Positions 18,800 to 27,491 are shown, numbered from the stretch's first letter. The stretch: DNA of 64,000 bases from Candidatus Niyogibacteria bacterium (GCA_016186495.1 JACPLO010000001.1:11907-75906), one strand, 5' to 3'. Numbers and translations: made by a program. The notes: generated by a model not told the origin, from the sequence alone.

Positions 18800-18849
18800 T
18801 GAACTAGCGCGTCTGCCAATTCCGCCATCCCAGCTTTTTCAACCGGAGA

Positions 18850-20553
18850 TTAATCCGTTAAAAATTTCCATACTTTTTTGGTATCAATATACCATTCATT
18901 TACTTGAGTAAAGCGATCTGAAGGAACGGTAATGTGGGAAATATCCATACCTTTTAAACGTTCAGGGAGAATGTATAAATAGTGCGGCGCATAAAGGAAG
19001 ATTGCCGGAATATCTTTTTGGACTTCTTTTTGGAAAGCGACGTAGTTTTTAGCGCGTTTTGCCGGATCGGCGATACTTCTCGCTTTCTCTAAAAGATCAT
19101 CCGCAGTGATGTTGGCATAAAGGGCGATATTTAAACCCGGATCGTTCCTTTGGGAAGAATGCCAGAAAGCGAACGGATCAGGATCAAATCCTGTTATTTC
19201 TCCGAAAAGAAGAGCATCGTAGTCCCGCGGCCGGATAATATTTTTTTCAAAATCGCCAATTTCAAATATTTTAACATCAGTTTTCACGCCGATGTCTTCC
19301 CACATTGTTTTTAAAAGTTCCGCGGTTTTGACCAATTCCGGCGCCATTGAAGTAGACAAAGAAAGGGTCAGAAGGATTGTTTCTTTTTTAATTTTCTTTT
19401 CCATTATTCCCGATTTTTCGTTTAATTTCCATCCTGATTTTTCAATCAGGATTTTGGCTTGTTCCGGGTCATAATCGTTGTTATTTTCTTCTTTGATAGA
19501 ACCAAGCGTGTCCGGCGGAATAGGATGGTCAATGGCCGATCCGTAACCGGCCAACGCTTCTTCAATAATTTTTCTTTTATCAACGGCCAGTTTCAGGATT
19601 TTTCTGACTGCGGCATCGGCCAGGATTTTATTCTTATTTTGATTTAAAAAAACGCCAAAAACGCGGGAAAGAGTCATTGTTTGAAGCCGGGATTCTTTTC
19701 TAAGAATAGCCGATATTTTTTGGGAAGAAACCGCTCCAATGCTGTCAATAATCCGATTTTCATAAGCCGCCAAGAGATCAGCTTCCGAGTTGTAGAATTT
19801 AAAAATTATCTTTTTTAAATAAGGTTTTTTTAAGGCGTAATCTTCAAAAGATTCCAAAGTGTAAGAATTGATGATTCCCGATGAATTCCGTGATATTTTT
19901 TTAACGCGGTAGGGGCCGGCGCCGATCGGTTCAATGTTAAATTGGCTTAAACTGATTTGTTCGGGCTTAAGGTCGGCCCATAAATGGTAAGGAAGGATTT
20001 CCAAAGTAGTATTTTCCAGAAACGGAGCGTAGGGTTTTTTGAGAATGAATTTAACGGCGCGGGAATTAATAATTTTCGTTTCCACTCCCTCCCAATTAGC
20101 TCTTTTCGGGCTTTTAGTAAAAGGATCTTGAGCAAGTTTGACGGTAAAAATAATATCTTGAGCGGTAATCGGCTGGCCGTCTGACCAGCGCAAATTTTCT
20201 TTCAGAAAAAAAGTATAAGTAAGATTGTCTTCGCTGATTTCATATTTTTCCGCTAATTCCGATTTTAATCCGCCTTGGCCGTCTGATTTTAAAAGGCCGG
20301 CGTAGATAAGTTCAGTCAGATCGTGGTCTGCTTCGGAGACGGCGATCAAAGGATTGATAAAACGAGGAAAACCGATGACTCCTTCGTAAAGGACGCCGCC
20401 GTCAACCGGCGTTTCAACGGCGATTCGGTCATTGATAATCATTGAAAGGCCGATTATTCCCGTAAAAAACAGCAAGGCGAAAAACGCAAAAGCGGCTTTT
20501 TCTTTGATATTCAGCGTGCGGATAATAAAGCGGATTTTGGTAAAAGACGGCAA
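18850..20553 (-). CDS. ABC transporter substrate-binding protein, family 5 (peptide/nickel type), orphan
   Basis: SBP_bac_5-like sequence; N-terminal signal anchor; ORF extends to 20670 but probable start is TTG at 20553 preceded by GGGG SD, leaving the tandem repeats in the 5' leader. Confidence 0.7.
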   Translation of the reverse strand: MPSFTKIRFIIRTLNIKEKAAFAFFALLFFTGIIGLSMIINDRIAVETPVDGGVLYEGVIGFPRFINPLIAVSEADHDLTELIYAGLLKSDGQGGLKSELAEKYEISEDNLTYTFFLKENLRWSDGQPITAQDIIFTVKLAQDPFTKSPKRANWEGVETKIINSRAVKFILKKPYAPFLENTTLEILPYHLWADLKPEQISLSQFNIEPIGAGPYRVKKISRNSSGIINSYTLESFEDYALKKPYLKKIIFKFYNSEADLLAAYENRIIDSIGAVSSQKISAILRKESRLQTMTLSRVFGVFLNQNKNKILADAAVRKILKLAVDKRKIIEEALAGYGSAIDHPIPPDTLGSIKEENNNDYDPEQAKILIEKSGWKLNEKSGIMEKKIKKETILLTLSLSTSMAPELVKTAELLKTMWEDIGVKTDVKIFEIGDFEKNIIRPRDYDALLFGEITGFDPDPFAFWHSSQRNDPGLNIALYANITADDLLEKARSIADPAKRAKNYVAFQKEVQKDIPAIFLYAPHYLYILPERLKGMDISHITVPSDRFTQVNEWYIDTKKVWKFLTD

Positions 20554-20555
20554 AT

Positions 20556-20633
20556 TTACCCCGTTAAATAGTTGCGAGGCGAATTTAACGGGGTTTACCC
20601 CGTTAAATAGTTGCGAGGCGAATTTAACGGGGT
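20556..20633. repeat. two tandem 39-bp units each containing palindrome CCCCGTTAAAT-N13-ATTTAACGGGG
   Basis: Units at 20559-20597 and 20598-20636 nearly identical; related to the CCCGTTAGAA palindromic family; would encode PVKFASQLFNGVN x2 if translated. Confidence 0.75.
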
Positions 20634-20695
20634 GAACGCGCTGCTTAAATAATGAGAATATTTTTTTCACAATGATTTTATGGTGATAACGGGAA

Positions 20696-20923
20696 TTATT
20701 TAAGAAGAAGATTTAAGAAAGCGGAAAACAAGAATAATCCGGCTAAAATAATAGTGGCGTTGAAAATGATTTTTTCCAAACCTCTTTTTGTGGCGTAAGA
20801 GCCGCCATCCGCGCTTCCGCCGAAAGCCGCGCTTAATCCGGCGCCTCGCTTTTGCAGAAGGATAGAGGCAATCAGCAGAATAGAAACAATTATCTGGAAA
20901 TACGGGAGAACAGTTAACAGCAT
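20696..20923 (-). CDS. secG: preprotein translocase subunit SecG
   Basis: 75 aa; two TM helices with LLQKRGAGLSAAFGGS loop characteristic of SecG. Confidence 0.75.
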   Translation of the reverse strand: MLLTVLPYFQIIVSILLIASILLQKRGAGLSAAFGGSADGGSYATKRGLEKIIFNATIILAGLFLFSAFLNLLLK

Positions 20924-21007
20924 ATTTTATAGTATATAAAGCAATGCGGCCGGTTGTCAAGCCGAATAAAAAAGAGCAATCAATGATTGCTCTTTTTCTT
21001 TTAAAAT

Positions 21008-22630
21008 TTAATCTTCATCTTCTTTCATTAAATTATCGGCATTTGGATCCTCGGCACTGGAAAGCACTTGGATTTTTCTAAAATACACCGAAGGGCAAAG
21101 GCCGCTTACTCTGACATAGCCGGAATTAGAACCGCAGTGGCCAACGCACTCCGTAAGATTATTCCCAACCGCTTTTACCTGATTAAGGGTTTCATAAGCG
21201 CTGCCGCTGATGAAGGCGCTTGAAACCGGTTCTATTTTACCGTCAGGATAAATTTTATAAAATTCACTTACGTATATCTTGAATTGGCCGCTTTCAACTT
21301 CCACTTCGCCCGAACGGCCATTGATGTAAAGCCCGAACGGCTCCTTATGGTATTTTAAATCTTCAATTATCATCTTTATAAGTTTATCGGAGGAAACGGA
21401 TTTTTTTGATGAGACAATCATATTCGCGGTTCTTGCTTCCGGAATTTCTCCGAATTCGGCTCTGGAGTGGCCGTTTGAAATGATGTTGTCGCGGCCGGCG
21501 CTGATCCGATCATGGAGATAGCTTTTTAAGATTCCGTTCTCAATTAAAACAACTTTTTTTGCCGGCTGGCCGTCATCGTCAAATTTATAAGATCCGAAAT
21601 AATTTTCCATCGTGGGATCGTCTATTATGTCTATATTATCCGGCAAAATTTTTTGGCCCAATTTTGCTTTAAAAGCGGTGGCCCCTTTCTCGTCAATCAA
21701 TCTGGCGGAAGCCAGATGCGCGCCGAATCCTTCATGGAAAATCGTATAAGTCGTTTCCGGAGAAAGCACCGCCCGATAAAGGCCGGATTCAAGTTCCGGC
21801 GCCTGATGAAATTTTTCCGCGAGATTTCCCATTATTTTTTGAAGATCATCCGTTTCTTTTTTACAATTAAAACCGTCGGTTAATTTTCTTGTTTCATAAA
21901 ATTTTATATCTCGGCCTTTAATGTCTTTTACGGTTATCATCCAGCTGATAAAACCGTAAATCTCGGAAGTAAAAATTTGATTTTCCGATTCTTGGCCGTC
22001 CATTCGTTTTTCAAAAGAAGCAAACCAGCAATTTTCTTCGGTGATTGAAAATTCAAGCTCCGAATGTTTAATTTTTTTATTTTTTGAAATTAAATTATCC
22101 GCCTCCTCAATAACGCCGGCGATTTTCTTAAAATCACAAATTAATCGTTTTTCCGCTTCGGAATAATTCGTTGATTTTCCTTTTGAAAGTTTCTGAAATT
22201 CTTTATCTTTTTTATATTCGGAAATTTGGGAGTGATGCTGAAAATATTCGCTTAAAGCCATTTTAAACGCGCCGTCAATCGCTTTATTGATATTTTTTTT
22301 AAGCGCGTTTGATTTTAAAGAAGTTCTGTCCGTATAATGGCCGATGCCCAAGCCGTTGGCCTTGGGATGGTTAAAATCGCCGACGCCGATTGTAACGCAA
22401 AAGCCGATATTGGCGTACTCATTCGGTTTTTTTAAATCATTGACAAGGCCGCCATTTTCCGAAATTATGCTGAGATTTCTAATCTTCTTTAAATTGATTC
22501 CCATGTATACCGGACTAAAAATTATTTCTTTATCCACGATAAACCGCCTGACCCTGACTTTTTTCCATTTTTCAAAAAGTTCGCGGGTTAAAATTAAAAT
22601 TTCGTCTTTTTCCAAAGATTTATCATTCAT
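21008..22630 (-). CDS. TldD/PmbA-family metallopeptidase-like protein
   Basis: 540 aa; HEGFGAH metal-binding-like motif, C-terminal GHCGSNSGYVRVSG resembling the TldD/PmbA G-x-C-G-K-G motif. Confidence 0.5.
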   Translation of the reverse strand: MNDKSLEKDEILILTRELFEKWKKVRVRRFIVDKEIIFSPVYMGINLKKIRNLSIISENGGLVNDLKKPNEYANIGFCVTIGVGDFNHPKANGLGIGHYTDRTSLKSNALKKNINKAIDGAFKMALSEYFQHHSQISEYKKDKEFQKLSKGKSTNYSEAEKRLICDFKKIAGVIEEADNLISKNKKIKHSELEFSITEENCWFASFEKRMDGQESENQIFTSEIYGFISWMITVKDIKGRDIKFYETRKLTDGFNCKKETDDLQKIMGNLAEKFHQAPELESGLYRAVLSPETTYTIFHEGFGAHLASARLIDEKGATAFKAKLGQKILPDNIDIIDDPTMENYFGSYKFDDDGQPAKKVVLIENGILKSYLHDRISAGRDNIISNGHSRAEFGEIPEARTANMIVSSKKSVSSDKLIKMIIEDLKYHKEPFGLYINGRSGEVEVESGQFKIYVSEFYKIYPDGKIEPVSSAFISGSAYETLNQVKAVGNNLTECVGHCGSNSGYVRVSGLCPSVYFRKIQVLSSAEDPNADNLMKEDED

Positions 22631-22755
22631 CGGCCGTTCTCTCCTTTTAATTATAATTATTAATTTTTCAAAAAACTGATTTTAATTTAAAGCAAATCAT
22701 CAAATCGCGCAAGTTTGCCTAATAAACAATATAGTATATTATTTGTTATAATTAT

Positions 22756-22827
22756 GTCGGTGTAGCTCAGTGGTAGAGCGAGGGACTCATAAACCCTAGG
22801 CCGGAAGTCCGATTCTTCCCACCGACA
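22756..22827 (+). tRNA. tRNA-Met/fMet-like (anticodon CAT) with atypical T-loop
   Basis: GTCGGTG TA GCTC AGTGGTA GAGC G AGGGA CTCATAA ACCCT AGGCC GGAAG TCCGATT CTTCC CACCGAC A; T-loop has C at position 55 instead of U; 31:39 A-A mismatch. Confidence 0.65.
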
Positions 22828-22850
22828 CAAAGACATGCGGCATAAATTTT

Positions 22851-23951
22851 ATGAAAGTTCTAAGCATTAGTTCGGATAGAAACATTTTTAACGAAAATTC
22901 TGAAGTCAGGCAGAGAACGATTGAATACGGCCGTTTGGCGGAAGAATTGCATATCATCGTCTTTACAAAACGGAAATTGGAAACAAATCCTAAAATTCAA
23001 ATTTCCGAAAATACTTTTTTTTATCCGACAGATTCATTTAGTCGATGGAGTTATATTTTTAACGCGGTAAAAATCGCCAAAAAAATAATTGGAAATTATC
23101 CTGATAAGTTTCTTGTCACAAGTCAGGATCCTTTTGAAACTGGATTGGCCGGCTGGCTAATCGCACGCCAGTTCAATTTTCCGCTTCAGCTTCAAATTCA
23201 CACTGATTTTCTCTCTTCGTATTTTCGGCGCGAATCTTTTTTGAATAAAATCCGCGTTTGGCTCGCTAAATTTTTGATTTTTCGCGCCGCTTGTCTCCGC
23301 GTCGTTTCCGAAAGGATAAAAAAATCATTGGCGGCCATCGGTTATCCTTTAAATTTCGTAACAGTTTTGCCGATTTTCGTTGATGTTGGAAAAATAAAAA
23401 ACGCGCCGATTAAAACCGATCTCCGGCAAAAATATCCGCAATTTGATTTCATTATTTTGACGGCGTCGCGCCTGACGCGCGAGAAAAATATCGGCTTAGC
23501 CGTTGAAGTGATGGCTGAAATTATAAAAGAATATCCTCAAACCGGCTTGATTATTGTCGGCAACGGACCGGAAGAGCTTGATTTAAAATTTAAAATTAAA
23601 AATTTAAAGTTGGAAGAAAATGTTATTCTTGAAGATTGGACGGAGGATCTCGCGTCATATTATAAAACCGCGGATTTGTTTCTCCTTACTTCCAATTACG
23701 AAGGATACGGCCGGACTCTTATTGAAGCTGTTTTCTCGGGATGCGGCGCGATTTCCGCCAATGTCGGCATTGCCGATGAAATTTTGGCTAAAGAAAATAT
23801 TTTTGAGCCGGACGATAAAAAGGCCCTTGTGGAAAAAATAACAAAAGCAATGAAAGGCGAACTTCTTCAAATTAAGTTTAGGGCAGAAATACGGACAAAG
23901 GACCAGTATTTAGAAAAATATAAAAAATCATGGGAAACATGCAGCTATTAA
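22851..23951 (+). CDS. glycosyltransferase family 1 (GT4-type)
   Basis: 366 aa; C-terminal GT-B motif EGYGRTLIEAVFSGCGAIS. Confidence 0.8.
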   Translation: MKVLSISSDRNIFNENSEVRQRTIEYGRLAEELHIIVFTKRKLETNPKIQISENTFFYPTDSFSRWSYIFNAVKIAKKIIGNYPDKFLVTSQDPFETGLAGWLIARQFNFPLQLQIHTDFLSSYFRRESFLNKIRVWLAKFLIFRAACLRVVSERIKKSLAAIGYPLNFVTVLPIFVDVGKIKNAPIKTDLRQKYPQFDFIILTASRLTREKNIGLAVEVMAEIIKEYPQTGLIIVGNGPEELDLKFKIKNLKLEENVILEDWTEDLASYYKTADLFLLTSNYEGYGRTLIEAVFSGCGAISANVGIADEILAKENIFEPDDKKALVEKITKAMKGELLQIKFRAEIRTKDQYLEKYKKSWETCSY

Positions 23952-25075
23952 TTTTGACTCAAAAAATAGATATAAATGACGATAATCTTGGTTTTTTTGT
24001 GCGTTGGGTTGAAGAATTCGCTAAAAATGTTGAAGAGGTTTTTGTAATCGCGAATTTCACCGGCGAACGCCATTTGCCGGACAAGGTAAAAATTTTTTCT
24101 TTGGGAAAAGAAAAAGGATTCGGAAGAATCAGGCGGTATTTTAATTTTTTCCGTTATCTTTTTGAGATTTTGCCGAAATCGGACGCGGTGTTCGTCCATA
24201 TGATTCCCGTTTGGGTGGTGGCGGGCTGGCCGCTTTATAAAATTTTCAGAAAAAAAGTTTATCCCGTTACATTTTTAAAACCCCGCGGTCTTGCCGCAGG
24301 GGTATCACAACAATATTTTAACATTTTTGCGTGGTTTAATGCTCTGTTGAAATGTAACGGGATTTATTTATGGTACACGCATAAGTCCGTCACTTTTTCT
24401 TTGCGGATGGCGGAAAAAATAGTTGAAAAAATATTTACCGCCTCGCGCGAAAGTTTTCGCTTGCCGTCCAAAAAGGCGGAAATTTTAGGCCATGGCATTG
24501 ATATAGAAAAATTTAAACCGGCGGTTAATTATCAATCATCCGCCAGCTATCAAATTATTACGGCGGGCCGAATCGCGCCGAGCAAGAATTTGGATATTTT
24601 GATTGAGACCGCGGAAATTTTAAAAAAACAGAAGATGAATTTTGAGATGAAAATTGCCGGCGCACCGATCACCGCGGCTGACGACCAATATTTTAAAAAG
24701 CTGAAAGATTTAATTGTAAAAAATAATTTAAAAGATACCATCAGATTCAGCGGCGCGATTCCTTACGGCGAAATTGAAAAATTTTATCAAAAAGGGGATT
24801 TATTCGTGAATTTAAGCGCCACCGGTAGCTTGGATAAGTCTGTTCTTGAAGCGATGGCGTGCGGCGTGAATGTTCTTGTTTCAAACGAGGCCTTTTCTAA
24901 TATCCTGCCGGAGGAAAATTTTATTAAAAATTCAACAGTCGGACAAATTACTGAAAGAATAAAATATTTTATGGATAATCGGGATTCGGCGAATAAAACG
25001 ATTTTGCGCGAAATAATCGTTAAGAATCATAATCTGAAAAATTTAATCAAGAAATTGGTTGAAAATATAAATTGA
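23930..25075 (+). CDS. glycosyltransferase family 1 (GT4-type) carrying an in-frame palindromic element
   Basis: 381 aa; GSLDKSVLEAMACGVNVLVSN; residues ~111-145 encoded by repeat 24261-24363. Confidence 0.8.
   Translation: MGNMQLLILTQKIDINDDNLGFFVRWVEEFAKNVEEVFVIANFTGERHLPDKVKIFSLGKEKGFGRIRRYFNFFRYLFEILPKSDAVFVHMIPVWVVAGWPLYKIFRKKVYPVTFLKPRGLAAGVSQQYFNIFAWFNALLKCNGIYLWYTHKSVTFSLRMAEKIVEKIFTASRESFRLPSKKAEILGHGIDIEKFKPAVNYQSSASYQIITAGRIAPSKNLDILIETAEILKKQKMNFEMKIAGAPITAADDQYFKKLKDLIVKNNLKDTIRFSGAIPYGEIEKFYQKGDLFVNLSATGSLDKSVLEAMACGVNVLVSNEAFSNILPEENFIKNSTVGQITERIKYFMDNRDSANKTILREIIVKNHNLKNLIKKLVENIN
24261..24363. repeat. palindromic element copy inside GT1 CDS (14-bp TIRs ATCCCGTTACATTT / AAATGTAACGGGAT, 75-bp core)
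   Basis: Perfect 14-bp inverted repeats; translated in-frame as YPVT...KCNGI within the protein. Confidence 0.7.
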
Positions 25076-25102
25076 AATAAAATAATTAAAGGTAATAAAA
25101 AT

Positions 25103-25822
25103 ATGAGCCAAGAAGCCAAGAAAATATCAATTGTTATTCCGGCATACAATGAAGAAGAACTTTTGGAAAGAGAGCTGGAAAAAATCATATCCAAAACTAA
25201 TGAAGTGATTGAAAACAGAAACTATGAAATAGTAATAGTAGAAAATGGCAGTACTGATAAAACATTGGAGATAGCGCGCGAATTATCAGCCCGCTATCCG
25301 CAGATTTTTGTTATTTCTTTAACGATCGCGAATTACGGCAGTGCTTTAAAAAATGGAATTTTTAGCAGCCAAGGAGAATTAGTCGCTGTTTTTAATGTTG
25401 ATTTTTGGGACGTTGGCGCGATGAAAAAGGCTTTGGATATTCTTTTAAACGAGAATTGCGATATTGTGGTTTGTTCAAAATCAATGAAAGGAGCGCGAGA
25501 TTTAAGGCCTCTTTTAAGGAGAATTGTCACCCGAGGATTTAATCTGATGCTTTGTTTATTTTTTGGATATCGCGGCACGGACACGCATGGAGTTAAATTT
25601 TTTAAAAAGGAAAAAATATTGCCGATCATTAAACAATGCGTAAATGAGCGGGATTTATTGGATACGGAACTTTTGATCCGCGCGCAAAAAGCGGGGCTTG
25701 TGATAAAAGAAATTCCGATTGTTTGCGAAGAAAAAAGGAAAAGCGTTTACGGCCTTTTTGGAAAAACGCCGAGAATCTTAAAAGATTTGATTCTTCTTTT
25801 CGTTTCTATCCATAAGCGATGA
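25103..25822 (+). CDS. glycosyltransferase family 2
   Basis: 239 aa; ISIVIPAYNEE... GT-A fold, DxD-like region. Confidence 0.8.
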   Translation: MSQEAKKISIVIPAYNEEELLERELEKIISKTNEVIENRNYEIVIVENGSTDKTLEIARELSARYPQIFVISLTIANYGSALKNGIFSSQGELVAVFNVDFWDVGAMKKALDILLNENCDIVVCSKSMKGARDLRPLLRRIVTRGFNLMLCLFFGYRGTDTHGVKFFKKEKILPIIKQCVNERDLLDTELLIRAQKAGLVIKEIPIVCEEKRKSVYGLFGKTPRILKDLILLFVSIHKR

Positions 25823-25823
25823 T

Positions 25824-27308
25824 ATGAATAATAAGATAACAATATCGGTTACCGCCTTATTTGATATTTTTGAAAAATATTTTTTGATATTGCTTATCGG
25901 ATTGGTTTTTGGAATGGCTCTTTGGAATTTTCAAACAAGTCCGGGTTTTTGGTTTGACGAAGGAATTATCGCGCAGGCCGCGAAGAATATAGCGGAACAC
26001 GGAATATACGGAATTCAAACCGCGCCGGAACAATTTTATACCGATAATTTTTGGATTACCACGAGTTATTCTCTGATCTGGCCGGTTGCTTTATTCATAA
26101 AAATTTTCGGCGCGTCAATCTGGGCCGCCCGTTTAGCCCCCTTGTTGTATTTGGTTTTTTTCGTTCTCGTTTCTTATTTTTTCATAAAAAAACTTTACGG
26201 TTTCAGAATTGCCGTCCTGTCGTCTTTTTTACTCGCGACTTTTTCTCCTTTGTATGGAAACGGCAAAGCGGTTTTAGGAGAAGTGCCGGGACTTTTTTGG
26301 TTAATATCCGGAGCTTTGATTTATCTGGCGTATCAAGAAAGCAAAGAAAGAAAATTTTTATTTTTTAGCGCGTTTTTTTGGGGGATTGCCGTAAGCACGA
26401 AGCCGTATTATTTGCTTTTTGGCTTAAGCGTTTTGTTTATTCTTGTTTTTTTATGGTTGAAACAGAAAATCATTGATTTAAAAACCGTGATTTTATTTTG
26501 TTTTATTTTTTCTCTACCTGTTTTTTTGTGGATTTTTTTATCGTTTGATTTTTCTTCATTGAACGGATTTCAGAAAACGTTGGTGTTTTTCTCCAATTCC
26601 TACGGTGTTTCGTCATTTGAGCCGCTGAAAAATCTTTTACGGTTCGTGACTGAATCAACGCCGATTCATTTTACATTTTTAATGATTTTTATTTTCGCGG
26701 CGCTATTTGTCCAAAAAGGCGGCTGGCGAAGCGTTAATTCCGCGGTTGGCGGATTTTTAATTTTTATGCTTATTTCATTTTTATGGTATTTAAAAACACC
26801 GGGCTGGTACCGTTATTTTTTTTCCATCCATGTTTTGGCGATTTTATTTTTTCCCGCTTCGCTGATGATTGTCGTCGAACGAACCGGCGCTTATTTTCAA
26901 AAGGAAAGAATGATAAAAATACTGGGAAAAGCGATAATCGGCGCGCTGATAATTTTTCAAGCGGGATTTTTGATCATAAATTATAATCAGTTTTTCCGCG
27001 ACGATTTATTGCGGCTTAAAGATTACGCTGAAAAAAATATTTCCGATGATTCGTCCGTTTTTATAATGAACTTGCCGGAAGCGGCGTTTCTGTTAAATGA
27101 TAAAAATTTATACCAATATATTTTTATCAATGAAAATTTAGCGATAAAATCCGACCGCCCGAAACGTTTAATGGATTATATTATCGTCGGATCGTCCGAT
27201 GATAAATTTATTCTTGGCAATAAAAACTTAATTGATTTTGAATATGTTTTGGAACAAAAAATCGGCCATTATAATATTTACAAAAATATTACTCGTAAAA
27301 TTTCTTAA
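25824..27308 (+). CDS. GT-C fold membrane glycosyltransferase, ArnT/PMT_2-like
   Basis: 494 aa, ~11 TM; first-loop acidic motif FWFDEGIIAQAAKNIAEHGIYG typical of PMT/ArnT family. Confidence 0.55.
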   Translation: MNNKITISVTALFDIFEKYFLILLIGLVFGMALWNFQTSPGFWFDEGIIAQAAKNIAEHGIYGIQTAPEQFYTDNFWITTSYSLIWPVALFIKIFGASIWAARLAPLLYLVFFVLVSYFFIKKLYGFRIAVLSSFLLATFSPLYGNGKAVLGEVPGLFWLISGALIYLAYQESKERKFLFFSAFFWGIAVSTKPYYLLFGLSVLFILVFLWLKQKIIDLKTVILFCFIFSLPVFLWIFLSFDFSSLNGFQKTLVFFSNSYGVSSFEPLKNLLRFVTESTPIHFTFLMIFIFAALFVQKGGWRSVNSAVGGFLIFMLISFLWYLKTPGWYRYFFSIHVLAILFFPASLMIVVERTGAYFQKERMIKILGKAIIGALIIFQAGFLIINYNQFFRDDLLRLKDYAEKNISDDSSVFIMNLPEAAFLLNDKNLYQYIFINENLAIKSDRPKRLMDYIIVGSSDDKFILGNKNLIDFEYVLEQKIGHYNIYKNITRKIS

Positions 27309-27369
27309 ATAATTTAATCTCTTTCTCTTTTTATTTTTTTCTGTTATCATTGCTCTTAAGTTTGAATTT

Positions 27370-27449
27370 ACCCCGTTAGAAAGTTATTTTTAAACTATAT
27401 GAATAAGATTTATTTCTGGATGTTTACGAAGCGAGCTTTCTAACGGGGT
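27370..27449. repeat. intergenic palindromic element copy (14-bp TIRs ACCCCGTTAGAAAG / CTTTCTAACGGGGT, 52-bp core)
   Basis: Perfect inverted repeats with the CCCGTTAGAA core. Confidence 0.75.
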
Positions 27450-27491
27450 TTAGAACATTAATAATCTTTTTATTATAAATAAGGAGGCAGG

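Larger units (their letters stand above)
18640..18834 (-). tRNA. interrupted type-II (Leu-like) tRNA gene; 5' half 18804-18834, 3' half 18640-18703, hosting a nested tRNA-Leu
   Basis: 5' half GCTGGGA-TG-GCG-GAATTGGCAGA-CGC-G-CTAG; 3' half GCTAG-[15-nt variable arm TTCTCGCGAGAGAGT]-GGGAG-TTCAAAT-CTCCC-TCCCAGC-A; acceptor halves perfectly complementary; anticodon not unambiguously assignable. Confidence 0.45.

Noticed and set aside
18640-18834. Nested tRNA as an integrase attachment-site duplication (phage/island attB/attP)
   Set aside because: Integrase-mediated insertion duplicates a tRNA 3' end as a direct repeat next to an integrase gene. Here the shared segment is the 5' D-arm region, the flanks are inverted not direct, the outer halves complement each other, and no integrase is nearby.
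20556-20633. Possible CRISPR array (repeats with palindromic cores)
   Set aside because: Only two directly abutting units with no unique spacers, no leader and no cas genes; belongs to the dispersed palindromic family instead.
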